From: the human T2T-CHM13v2.0 reference genome, Homo sapiens
Assembly: GCF_009914755.1 (NCBI RefSeq)
Contig: NC_060927.1
Reading direction: 5' to 3' (one strand)
DNA length: 64,000 nucleotides
In this document: one piece after another, positions 1 to 16,587 of the stretch
Position numbering within the stretch: the stretch's first letter is position 1
Layout: the number at the start of each line of letters is the position of its first letter
The notes under the pieces: generated by a model
Told to the model about the DNA's origin: nothing
Databases searched by the model: none
The model's input: only the letters and a program-made list of their open reading frames with translations
Made by a program: the position numbers and the translations under genes

Positions 1-917
1 ACGTTAATTGGTCAATCTAGGTGAAGGACTGTCTGTGATTTCTTTTCATGGCTGCTTGTGGTTGCTGGGTTGCATTAATAATCAGGGACTCTTGCAGTAA
101 GTGCACACCCTTTGCTGTTTATTGGCTATGGATTTATTCATTCCTTTATTTCCATCTTCTTAGGTGCTGGGCTAGGTGCCATCCAAATGTTACCCCATTT
201 AATTTTCACAAAAATCTTGTGAAGTAGATTTTATTTCCTCCATTTATATATAGATGAGACAAATGAAGCTCAAAGAGGTGACTTGCCCAAAGTCGATGTC
301 AGTAAATTACAAAGCAGTAATTGCAACCTAGGACTTCAGGTTCAGTGTTCATTTCACATCAGTTCAGGCCTCAGGGGCCCAACATTGTGACCATCAACAG
401 ACGTTGCAGAATCAGAAAACAAAACATAGCAGCTCTGAGACATTAGAGGAGAAGGCCTTAGAACACAGATTCTGTGGGAATTCAGCAACTAGAAAACATA
501 GCTTAATAATCTTAGAACAAATGAATATCTAAAGATTTAATGTTCATATTATTACTTCCCTAAATGACCTGCAGTTTTATATTATTTTCTTTTCATAAGG
601 CTATAGGTTGCTTCACACATGTACCATTATTATTTACTGAGCTACATAAATATCCTCTACAAATATCGATGTGCCTCAGGTTTTATCTGTTTATGTGTTT
701 TTAAATATCCTATTATATAGAAACATGAAGGAAACAGACAAAAAACAATTCCACTGATTTTTAAAAAGAAATATATGTAATATATGTATATGATTGAAAT
801 TTCCAAAATATTGTTTATTTTTTTTATTCCATTAACAAATACATTCCTAGAACATGCAGCCTATGACTTTCTTTTTTAGCAGCTGTAGGGGATTCCACTG
901 TAAGGGTATGGCTTGGG

Positions 918-1030
918 TGCATATGCATGTGTGAATGTGCATATGTGTATAGGTTTCCGTGTGTGTTAATGTGTTTGTATAGGTTTGTATATGTATGTGT
1001 GTGTAGGCTTATATATGTGTATGTATGTGG

Positions 1031-1068
<38 letters not shown>
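918..1068. repeat. (TG)n microsatellite with degenerate TG/TA-rich extension
   Basis: Pure (TG)17 at 1034-1067 preceded by imperfect alternating purine-pyrimidine sequence. Confidence 0.95.
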
Positions 1069-1070
<2 letters not shown>

Positions 1071-1249
1071 ATGCCTGTAACCACTGGCTGCCACTGGTGA
1101 CTATGTTTGTCTCGTCCATGAGTTTGCAGGCTATGAGAAGCACAAGAATCATGTCTGATTGACTTTCAATGCTCAGCAACTGAGCAAGGAGGCTAGAGCT
1201 GAGGTTTATTGAGACATAACTTTCATTGGCACATAACAAGTTCTTTACG

Positions 1250-2345
<1,096 letters not shown>

Positions 2346-2489
2346 CATTTATTTGCATGCTTAAGCCAAGCATTGTTCTAAGTTCTTTGCCCACAGAAAA
2401 CTATCTAATATACAGGAAACCCTTTCTTTTTCTAACTTATAAGTTAAAAAATTCTAAACTTACAGAAAAGTTAAAAGAATAGTATAATG

Positions 2490-2788
<299 letters not shown>

Positions 2789-3519
2789 TTAATAATCATA
2801 CCAACCATGTGCCAAGAAAACAGAAAGCCAGCAATATTCAGAGAGAACTATTGACTCACAGAAATATGGGAAGGAAGTGGAATTCTGTTCAGTCAGGATC
2901 TTTGGGAGGGTGAATTACAATGACCAAAGGCAGCCTAGAGTCTTCTCCCATGTATCATCCTACATATCAACAATACATATCTATCTCTAAGGCACTGGTT
3001 CTCCAAGAAAATCTCCTTATCCAAGGCTTCCATTTGTTCCTTGTCACCACAGGGTAAAATCCAAACTCCTTGTGTTGTGGCCATTCTGGCTGCTGCTCAT
3101 AGGAGAATTTAGACACATCAAGTCATGCTATGGGAACAGGCAGTGGCAGAGGCTTTCCTAGGGACTCTAAAGAGAAATTGAGGGACCTTGGGGATAAAAG
3201 ATTGGGAAAAACACTGCATGCGAGCTTAATCTAACACCGATGCCTGGGTATAGCATTGTGCTTGTTACTGAGATGGGCTAATGCCAGATTCCTAAGCAAA
3301 GGAGTTTACTGCAAAGATCAAAAGGTTATTTTTACAAAAAATATCTGGACGTTCAAGGAAGCCTTGTTTTGGGATGTGGGTAATACAAAGGGTAGGGGAA
3401 AGAGATTGCCTCCTCTTCAGTGGGGAGCTGGACATCTCCACACTGGTATGTTATCAGGGTTGGAAATGCAGGCTTGGGCCCAGCTCAACAGGCTCCTTGG
3501 TGCAGTGTGGTTTGGGCAG

Positions 3520-3862
3520 ATATGGGTGGAAGATGACACTGAGGGCTTTAATAGCAAAGGAAGCACCAGGGCCTTGGCAGTGTGGTGAATGCCTGAGGCA
3601 GTGGCTGCACCTGTGCCTATGGAAAGATGGAGCAAGTGAAGAGGAAAATGGGCCTTCCACAATGCAGTCAGAGAACTGGGTTCTCTGGTATGGGTAGATG
3701 TAAGATGACACTGGGGGCTTTGATAGCAGAGGAAGCACCAAGTGTCTTGGCAGTGTGTTGACGTTAGAGGCAATGACTGGACCTGTGCCCAAGGAAAGAT
3801 GGAACAAGTGAAGAGGAAAATAAGCATTTCACAATGCAGTCAGAGATCTGGGTTCCTAGGTA
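3520..3862. repeat. Diverged direct tandem duplication, period 172 bp
   Basis: AGATGACACT at 3531 and 3703; shared blocks ggaagcacca, cttggcagtgtg, ggaaagatgga, caagtgaagaggaaaat, cacaatgcagtcagaga, ctgggttc. Confidence 0.9.
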
Positions 3863-6144
3863 CACAGAGGGCCTACCCTGACCCTGATTAATCCAGAGTA
3901 ATTAATTCATCCATTTAATAGTTACTGGACAGGTAGTAAATGAAACAGACAACATTCTTGACACCAAAAAGCTTATATTCCTATGACAGAAACTGACAAA
4001 AAGCCAGATAACAAATATATAGGCAATTTCAAATAGCAGTAAATGCTATAAGAAAATTAAAAACAGACATGTATATATATATATTAGCATATTAGGAGAG
4101 AAGATTTACATGTTTTCAATTGTGAATCAGAGTGAAATTACATTATTATAATCCTACTTTTTACTCCTAGGCTGTTGTAGCAGGGAGACCCTCAAGGGCG
4201 TCTACAATATCACCACAACTCTCATAGAGCTGCCTGTGAAGGATGACAAGAAGGAAGTAGGCTGAGACCCAAGTTCTGGGTCAGGGGACTAATGCTGTTG
4301 TCACCAAGAAGGGTATAAAAAAGCTATCACTGCAGTGCCTAAAGGGACATTTGAAATCTTTGTCCTAGTCAAGGCTGGCACTGGTGTCCATGGGCCCACC
4401 CAGGTGGATAATGAGGAATCTCTGGTCATAGAAGCTTTCAGTGACAAGTGGGTAGAAGGTCTTGGATCTAAGAGGGTCCATCCTGGAAGAAGCAGGACTA
4501 TGACTATGGTTAAGTGCCCACAGAAGAGTCCAATAACCTGGAGTAGGTGAAAGTTATGAAAGTTGTCAAGCACTCTTGTTCAATTATTCATTTAATAAAT
4601 ATTTATTAAACTCCTGCTATGTGACAGGCTTGTGCTATGTGTTAGGAATACAGTGATAAACGCTCAGTAAAAGACCCTTCCCTGATGGAGCTTACATTCC
4701 ACCAGGTCCCAGCCTAGAGAGCTGTGGATTGATCCTAGTTAAGAACTACAGGAGAATCTAGGAATATGTCTGGTTGTAGAAACTGGTCAGGTATCCTGGA
4801 TGGTATCCGCACTTTCACAGGCCCACAGAGAGATGCTGAGAACTTCATCCAAGAGAAAGGACTGAAGAAGAGGTGAAGATGGAGTCCTAGAACACCAACA
4901 GAATTGGTTTTCATTGACTTAGAGCAAGAATGAGGGTTGGAAACAAGCTATCCATGGCTTAACAGGGTTGGGGTCAGCCAGTGTCCACCCAGAGTCCCTG
5001 AATATTATTAATGCAGCTCATCTAACACAACATGTAGCCAGCAGCCTAAGAAAAGAATCACAGACACTCCAACCCCTCTTGCTCTGGCTTCTTCTCTTAC
5101 TCTCACTACCACTCCGTACTTTCCCCCACCAAATTCATCATGGGGATGTCCCTCAGGCTTGATGGTTGAATAGTGCTTCTTCTGTTTTGGCCCCTGGCTG
5201 GTTAGATTTAGCTTGTACTCATTCTCAGACTCTTCAGGCTTTTCACCACTTGGGAAAAAATTCCTACCCTGAATATTCTTGGCTCCAGGCCTTCATACTC
5301 ACCCACCTGGCCTGCATTCTTGGTCCAACACACAGCAACAACCTTTAAGAGAGGGCTGATCATTTTGTCATGAACCCACTGCTCCAAGGGCAAGCCTGTT
5401 GCTATGGCAACATGGATGATCTAGCAGGCTCACGGCTGTCACTCTGCTTTGGGACTAAGGACTTAGGGAGGGGAACACTAGCCTCCTTGGGGAGACAACA
5501 GCCCTTGTGGGCCAATTACCAGAAAAGAGAGCAAAATGCCTCCCTCATCCTGCCCTAGCAGGCCCTGTGGCCTTCAGTTCCTCCCCGCCTCCTTCAGGTT
5601 GCTTCTATTTCTGACCCCAGAGAGATTTAAAGGGAATCCAGATAAATTGCCAGGTTTCATTATTCAGCTTTAAACCTGCACATGGATTCTCTAGAGAGCT
5701 GAAAGGGATGACATTTCTCCTTTTTTTCCTAACCAAGGATGTGGAAAGATGATGGTTCCACTGGTGCAACCTGGTAATCCCTCTGCGAAGATAACAAGGT
5801 TTCTGACCTCAAAGAGACTTGGAGACCAAATCTTCCATGGATCTCACTTCTGTTCATGCTGGTCTAGGTTCAAAGTGTAGCCTCTACCCCTATGCCCACA
5901 TAGTCAACTGATCCACTTCCACGCTATCGTCCTCATGAAGCTTTGCACGTCTTTCTGCCCCAGGCTTCCATCCCTTATCTCCTTTTCATTCTCTTCCACT
6001 CTGGCCTCTTGAATCCTTTCCCCATAGCTAGCAAATTGCCATACCTATACAGTTTCTTTTCTAACACTCTCACCTCCTTCCTCCTACCTTGGGAAAGCTG
6101 GCCTCTTCCCTTGGAGCACTGCTTTTCCTGCACCCCTCTTACCT

Positions 6145-6673
6145 TTGTATTTCAGTTCAACCAGGTGGGTTAATATCTATGGGGAATATATTACATTATG
6201 AATAATAGAAAAGTCACTAACACTGGTTTCATTAAGTAGGGCTCATTCTTCACATAACCAGATACCTGGTTGTAGATGGCTGTTGGTATTGGTTCAGTGG
6301 CCACTTGAAATCAGGGCTCATCTCTGGGGTTGTCTTGCCTTTTCCTCATACCATATTTCTAACTTCTTGGTCACAATATGGCCATTGTAGTCTAGACTTC
6401 ATGACTAAATTCCAGGCGAGAAGAGAAAAGGAGCTAAAGGGTGTTGCCTGCATCAGGAAAGAAAAACATTCTCAGAATCCCTAGAGAAGTTAAGCTTATG
6501 TCTCATTGGCTAGAAGTGTGCCACATGGCCATCCCTAGATGTAAGGTAATCTAGGAAGGTAGGTGTATTTAGCTGGCATATTGTACCCCAGAACAAATTC
6601 AAGATTTCGTTACTAAGGAAGAAAAGGGATAAAGATAAAGATATCGGGCAGAGAACAAGCAGTGTCTGCCACA
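6145..6673 (-). mobile_element. MLT1-type (ERVL-MaLR) LTR
   Basis: Motifs tatgtctcattggctagaa...ccacatggccatccctag and terminal gcagtgtctgccaca typical of older MLT1. Confidence 0.7.
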
Positions 6674-8870
6674 GTGTCTGCTTCACTCCCCCACATTATA
6701 TTTCACTGTCTTGTTAAAAACCATTCTCCTTTGATCTTATGCCATTCAGCTATTCTGCCCTACCTCCCCCCATCCACTGTTGGTGCTGTCATCTAATGGG
6801 GGGTCCTCGCGTTCATTATGTACCTTGGCAATGGGCAAAAAGCCAACCATTCTGCAGGGCAAGCCAATTGCCTGCCTCCTACACACAAGCCTTGATCCGT
6901 CTTGATGACAACTTGGTTCTCAGCTCTTCTTCCTCTCTGCTCTCATCCTTACTCAGCCAGTCTCTACTCTCATCTTCTGTTTCAGTCTAGCTGTCACAGC
7001 CTCTATAGCCTCCATTTACTACTGCTCAGAAAGGACTCCCTTTGTCTCTTCATACTCAAGATGCCCCAACTTGAACTTAATGTCTATTTTGCTCATCACC
7101 ACACTCCCAGCTGGCCCCTGCTTCCTGTTAGCAAAACTGGACCAGGTGGCTGAGGTTCCAGGGGTCAGGAGACCCTAACTTCTCCAGGCTCCTTTGCTGA
7201 TCTGACACATTTCTCCATCTTGGTTTGCAACATCCTCTCCGAGACAATTTTTATATTCACTCTGCAGTTCCGCATACCACAACTGTAGCCAAGAGGTGTT
7301 TTCCTTTCTCTCCTATTTGTTAACAGCCCTGGGAAGAGGCATAGTGGTGAGAATGTTGGGCAATGTTTTAACAATACTAATAAAAAATACTATTATATAA
7401 GGGATCCATGTAATTGATTTGTGCACTATTCCCCAAATGCTACTGAGAGCAAAGTGTTGGCAGCGTTTATTTTTTACTGCTTAGAATTTAAACTTTAGAT
7501 TTAGCAAACAGTAGGTACCAAACAGTCTTAGATATATCCAGTAGAGAGGGGAAAAAAGAATTTATTCTTATATAAAATTTGACCCTGTTACATTTAGTTC
7601 ATCATTTTAATCCATCAAGATATTTTGTTTACTATACAGATTCTGCCATCTAATATATTTTCCACGCTTTCTTGCTCTGTGTGACTGCAGCAGATAGATA
7701 AGAAAGTATAAGAGGATGTCCCTAGAACTTGGAGAAAAATATTTCTCTGAGAACCGAAATATCTCATAATGAATAGTTATCAGATTATAATTTTCATCAG
7801 ATGTAACCCATCCTAACAGGTTAGTTACAATCTGAAACTAACTGATGATAAAGACTGGATCCTTAACTGGTTAACAATAAAAAAGTAGTAACATAATCAA
7901 TTATTGTATAACTGAAAAGTAATCTCTCTCTCTCTCCTTTCCCAACAGGAAAGTCTGAAGCCAGGCCTGCTTAGCAGAGGTCTCCGTATAGTAGGGATCT
8001 CACTCTTTCAAGATGTAGGATCTCAACTGGTTAGCCAGCCCTCTGAGTGAAGCTGGTCAGTTGGGGCTGTGACAACATAGCACACTCAAAGGGGCAGACC
8101 CTTCTCAGCTCCAACAGATTGGTGTCATTGGAAAAGGTGGACCCAGTGTAGGCAGACTTTCCTAGAGAGTCCAGAAGTGACTGTGCAAGCCCAAAGCAAT
8201 CCAAACAAATATTTGTGGACCACCAAGAACCTCTGGTATGAAGTAAATAATAAAGGCATTGAACAATAATAACCTGTCTGTATATCCACCAATGGGACCG
8301 ATGGGCCACAGTGTGACATCTATCCTATTCATGTCATAAGGGAGATGAATTCTACTGTGGGACAGTCTGTGTGACTGCTCGTAGGAGATTATCCAATTCC
8401 TTTTGCTCTAATTTCATGGTCACCAAATTTCTGCTTGCTAACTTTGTTTTACAACAAACTTTAGAAAGGAGGTGATCTGAATAAGAGGATATATGTTTTT
8501 CAGTCTCTGGAAAGGGGTATTTCTTTGTATTGAGAAGCCAGAACTCTTGAGTGTGTTGAGCCTTGTAGAGATTGAACCACTCTGGGTCAGCTGACAAAAT
8601 AAGATTCTGGTGCTGAAAAGCTGAGTATGTGACCATGATATTAACAGTGACCTAAGTTTGTGTGGCCCCCTTCGTTCTCCAGAAACCAACCAGTCAGCCT
8701 TCATTTTGTAAATGTAGCAGACACCATTTTGCTAGTGAATGAGGTTAAATCTTTAGCCTTGTCATTGGTTCGGCTTTGTAATTTAAAACTCTCTTATTTT
8801 ACCCTCTGATTTTAAATCCCCAGATTTTCCTTTCTGTGTCCTTTGCCCCCTGAAGTTTCCATCTGTCTAG

Positions 8871-9285
<415 letters not shown>

Positions 9286-9367
9286 TAATTTGGAAACCCA
9301 CCTGCTTCCTCAGTGTCATTATTAAAAACCCACATGTTACAGGTTCATTAGGACTGAAACATTCCTT

Positions 9368-9692
9368 CAGAGCTGAGCTGACCAACATGTTAGCCACTAG
9401 CCACATGTGACTATTGCATACATGAAATGCAAAATGTGGCTGGTCTGAAATGATGGTATAGGTATGAAATTCACACAAGATTTAGAATACTGAAGATAAA
9501 AAAGAATGTAAAGTATCTCATTAATACTTTTTTTGGTATTGATCACCTATTGAAATGGTAATATTTGGTTATACTGGCTTAAGCAAATGTACATTAAAAT
9601 TAATTTCATCTATTTCTTTTTACTTCTTTAATACCAGAAAATGTAAAAGTACCTATCATCTGGCAAGCAATATAAAACTATTGGTCAGTGCT
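9368..9692. mobile_element. MER33-like hAT-Charlie element
   Basis: gccactagccacatgtgactatt, aagaatgtaaagtatctcattaat and ctattggtcagtgct motifs. Confidence 0.75.
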
Positions 9693-10336
9693 ACTTGAGA
9701 GTCTTAATGTCTGTATTTTTTATATCTCTGTAAGCATAAATGCTGTATTAAAAACCCAATTTGAATAAACACCCCCAAATTACTCTTCCATTTCTCTTTT
9801 CTCTCTTCTGACCCACCTTCCCAAGTCATTATCATCTTTCCTTTTTTGGGGAGTTTAAAATAAAGGGGAAATTTTTCTGTTTTGATTTAGAAGTAGGCAT
9901 GAGACAAATACATTGAAATATAATGGGGATGTAAGAAAAATGGAAAGTAAGCAAACTGCCTATAGACAATCTGTTAACAAAACACAGTATATACACCTGG
10001 ACACGCAACAATCCCATGAGGAAAGCTAGCAACTTTAATTACTTTACCTACAGGCACTACACTGAGAATTGTTTCTTTCCACTTGAGTGGAATTGTGCTG
10101 CTATGCCAGAGTGAGCTGTCAGGAGTTTTGCTTCTCTTATACCAGAACTGTCTTCAAAGGCTCACCTTTATGTGTTATGTAAATGATAATTAATACATGT
10201 AACACATTGACAACAATAATAAGCATAAGTTTGGGAGTCAGAGAGATTCTAGGTTTGATTCTGGCTTTGCTAGTCGCTAACTCAATGGCCTGGGAACAGC
10301 AGCTTCACCTCTGGAGCCCTACCTACTAATCTGTAA

Positions 10337-11332
<996 letters not shown>

Positions 11333-13184
11333 TCATCCTCTGCAGTTTGGATGAACCTGAGGAACTGGTCTCCGATTTAGACTATTGAACTTTCAAGGTG
11401 GAGAATTGTGGCTTGCAGAGTGTGTTCATGGTGGGCAAGGACAGAAGGCTGGTTAGAAAATGCCTGCACTAGCGTATGTACAGGCAAAGGACATTTGTGT
11501 ATTTCTGGCAGACCAAATGTAGGGAGAGAAAGCCAGCCATGAGCTATATTGAAGGGATTTGCCCAAAAGCACAAATGGATACCAACTGTGAGGGACTCCT
11601 TGCAGAATGCTGAAAATCAGGGCTTTCAGAGGGAACATAAGCAGTTAGGGAATCTTTGAGAAACCCTTGAATGTGACCCAAGAAAAAGGGTCAACTTTTA
11701 AATACCTGGTAACCCTCAAAAGCAGCAGTGAAGACTCAGCTTTATACTTGGAGGATATAGCACCATATGCTTAAAATGGTTTGTAATTCATTCACCTTTC
11801 TCCAGCCACATTTCAACCCCATTTCCCTGGATAGCTATACAAAACTTCCTTAGGAACCTGAACTCATCCCTTCTTGCTAGGCTGAGGTTCAAGGCTGGGA
11901 CCTATTTGGGGAGCCTCTGGTCTTCTCTAATTTCTGTTCCATGCAAATTTTTCCTGGTCCCAGGGAATCATTAGCTAGGTAAAGATAAAATACCCCTTAG
12001 GAACAGTATCAGCTAGAACCCACATTATTCAACGAGAATGTTTGCCTGCTATATTAACCAGCACCACGTGGGAAATTCAAGCACTGTATAGAACACAGTG
12101 GGTTACAGGTTAAGCCCATCATGATGAGCTGATCTTAGTCTGCTTAAAGACCTGGAATGGAAGAAGGGGACCAGGAGGAAAAGGTGAGAATGAGGCAACA
12201 AGACTATTCTGTGTGACACATTCAAATGCATGCCAATAAATAAGTGTTAAGATAATAAAAATTAAGTGCTAAGGGCACTAAAAAGCCAAAAGATCACCTT
12301 TTGCCAGGGGAATTTGAAGGGGCTTTGTACAGGAATCCGTACTCTGAGGACTGTAGAGGTGAGTATTTGAAGATGAAGAGCCTGGGAATTCCATATTAGG
12401 AAAGGAAGCTAACTAGGGCAAGAGGTTAAGGAGAAAAAGCTGAATTGCTAGGTAGGGGGTAGATTACAAAGATTTCCCAGGGTAAGGAGCCAAATGCCCA
12501 TGGGAAATCCATGCAGTAAAATAATGATTCCTAGGGGAAGCTTCTAAGCATATTAAAGTTTTCAATATTTATTTATTTTGTGTTGAGAGGGTCAAGGAAT
12601 TCATGCCAGACTGTTTCAGGAGAGGGAGTTAAGAAGGGACAACAACAGGGAGAGGGCTATTATTTTCCCTTCTTCCCAAACACCAGGGGCACACTACTGA
12701 CACATTTTGATTTTAAGATAAAATTCTTATGGGCAGATAAGATTTTAAGTGCTTCAAAGTGTTTCAGTTGGAGGCGCTTGCTTAGGCATCCCAAGGGAAG
12801 AACTGAGATTACATTTCTCCCCCAAACTAGGGGTGTTTGATTCAGTAGCAGCGCAGGCTGTTATTCCCAAAGTACCACTAATGATGCAATCATCAGTCCA
12901 TCCACACATCGCCTACCTATCATCCATTCCATAAGCCAACATTTTTGAATGCTCACCATGTGTCAGGTCCCATACAGTGTTTCTGAGTTGCAACAATGAG
13001 TAAAACTGTCCTTACTAGTGTATGTCAGTGAGTTGGGAATGGGGGAGAAAGATGAAACAAAAATAGTAACTTTAATTTTTATAGCTGAGAGATGAATATT
13101 TGAGGGCTCCTTATATGATTTCTTCAGCTTTTTGTATGTTTAATAATTTCCCTAATAAAGTTAGATAATAAAAAAAACCCTTTC

Positions 13185-13546
<362 letters not shown>

Positions 13547-14719
13547 CTACATTTGATAGATGCCTGTATCACAAGGGCAAGTCCAGCCATGAAATTAATC
13601 CCAGGATATTAGTGGAAGAGAAGACCCTGGGGCAAGATGGGGAAGGTGGTCAGGAAATGCCCTCCAGTGAAGTTAGGTAAATGCTCTCTAGAAGTAATTG
13701 TTCAGATTAAGGAAGCCAAAAGCTAAACACCTGACTCAGCCTCAAACTGGGTTTGGAGGTGCTCACAGGTCAGGATCAGGAGTGAGGAACTAGCCTCTAC
13801 CACATTACCTTCACTTTATTTATCTCCTTCTTCCCCCTTTGCTTAAATGTCAACGAACATCAAAGTTGATGTTCAGATTCAACCAGCATTTCCAGAGCAC
13901 CTACTATGTATCAAAGGCTTCCGGTTAGAATCTGCCTTTACCACCTTACAGAGAGGGAAGGCCGAGAATGCCTCAAGCCGTGGAGAACGTGAGTCCATCA
14001 GGCAAGGACAGGTTAGGAACCCAGTCCCTCCAAGTCCAAGTCAGGGAAAACAGGTCAGAAACTTAGAATCAGTCGTGGGTTCAAATTCCGACTCGTTTCG
14101 TGGCTTTCGGCAAGTGAGTGGTCCTCTCTGAGCTGGCTCAATTTCTCCATCCATAAAAAGGGTACAGTAAGACCGTGGAAGGTTGTAAGGACCAGAGATT
14201 CTGACTATCAAGATCCTGGCACGTAGCGAAGGCTCCATAAATGGCAGCCATCATTCTTGGCCAAGTGCGGGCGCATTCTCCCGGGCACGCCTCCCGCGGG
14301 GTCCCTCAGGACAGGCCGAGCCCGCCTCCGCGGCTCCGGTCTCGCAGAGCTCGCGCCAGGTGGCCCAGCATCTTGGTGCCCGCGCCCCGAAGCGAGGAGC
14401 GAGGGCGGGTTGGATGACCAAGGTCTGCCCTGGAGGATCACCCCCCCCGCCCCTTCCACGCTCCCGGCGCAGGTGAGGTTTTCGGCCCAGGCCACGGGGA
14501 CCGCGACCTCTGGGGAGGTCGAGGCGGAGGGTGCAGCGGGGGGCTTGGAGCAGGGCTCCAGAGGGCGCTCCCTCCCTCGCCCAGGTTCACCCCAGGGCCA
14601 GCCTCGGCGCCGGGGCCCGCGGGCTGCGCGCTCTGCGGCTGCGAAAACCCGGAGAGGCGGATTGGAGCGCGCTCACCGCGCTCTCAGCCAACTCCTCCGC
14701 GGTCCGGCCGCCGAGCTGG

Positions 14720-14994
14720 GCATGCTCAGTGCGGACGCCGCGCCGCCGTCCGCCAACTCGGAAGCTCGCGCTCCCGGGCCGTGGGGGCGAGAACGCCGGC
14801 GGCGAGCCGGCGTCGCTCGCCGCCCCCAGACAGTGGCAAACTTCGCGGCGTTCCCGGAGCTCGTCCGGGCGAGGCAGATACCGCACAAATAAAATCAAAT
14901 CCAAGTCCCCCATCCCAACCCGAATGATGGAGGCTGCGGCGGCCGGAGTGACCCCGCCGCCGCCAGCCCCAGCCCGCTAGCCGCGGACCAACAG
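14720..14994 (+). other. MED12L: Probable non-coding first exon (5' UTR) of MED12L; start approximate
   Basis: Donor CAG|GTAAAG at 14994/14995 followed by G-runs; matching acceptor ctttattcctcctgcctgcAG|C at 15855/15856; lies just downstream of the CCAAT/GC box. The TSS cannot be read from sequence. Confidence 0.65.
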
Positions 14995-15855
14995 GTAAAG
15001 TGTTGGGGGTTGGGGGCGGAAGGGAAGAGGAGCTGGGGCCGTGGGGAGGCGGCGGGCTGGAGGAGCCCGAGACGCCTGCGGGCTGGCTGCCCCCGTCGGC
15101 GCTCACAGCCATCGCTCCTCACCCCCTTCCCCAGCCCCTGGAGGGACTGTAAAGGGTTAAGTCGGCCCCACGCCACCGTGAGCACGGCCCCCTCCAGCCG
15201 CCGCGACCGCCAGCAGCGCGCCTCGGCGCCTGCCCGGAGCCGCCGAGGGGACCGTAGCTGCGGATGCGCCACTGGAACCTGGCGGGCGTCTAGGAGGCAC
15301 CGGCCGCTTCCCACCGGCCGCATCCCTGCGTCTCGCGCCCCCTCCAGACCTGCCTCTGCCTGCACTGGCCCGGTCCGTGTCCAGGTGGCGGGGTCTGCGG
15401 GGCGCGTGGCGGCGGGGGAAGGGTCCCTGCCGGGGAAGAGAGGCGGGGGCGGTCCGCTCCACAGCTTCTTCCCGGGAGGGGAGGGCCACCCTCGCCTTGG
15501 GCGAGCACTTCAGCCACCAGCCTAGGCGCCAAGAAAAGTTTTTTTTTTTTTTTTTCCAGTGCCCCACCCCCACCCCCATCCTGCGCCCAGCTGGGGTGGG
15601 TTTGGGTCCATTGGTGAAAAAAGTCACACGTTCCCATCAGCTGCTCCTCCCCCTGGAGACAAGGTAGGGGGGAGCAGAGGAGGCAGGCGCCGCGGAGGAC
15701 CCTGGCCGACCTCTAGTCCCTCCGCCGCCGCCACCGGAGCGGTGCGTCCCGGGGCTCGAGCGCAGCCGAGTACCCGCCGAAGGCTGTCCCCATCAGTGCG
15801 TGTCTGCTGCCGGGCAGCGGCAGCATCCAACCTGCTTTATTCCTCCTGCCTGCAG

Positions 15856-16587
<732 letters not shown>

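Noticed and set aside
824-1084. His/Thr-repeat ORF
   Set aside because: Translation of the (CA)n microsatellite.
3520-3862. CRISPR-like or alpha-satellite interpretation of the 172-bp period
   Set aside because: Only two diverged copies, no repeat-spacer structure, no resemblance to alpha-satellite that I can see, and a euchromatic primate context.
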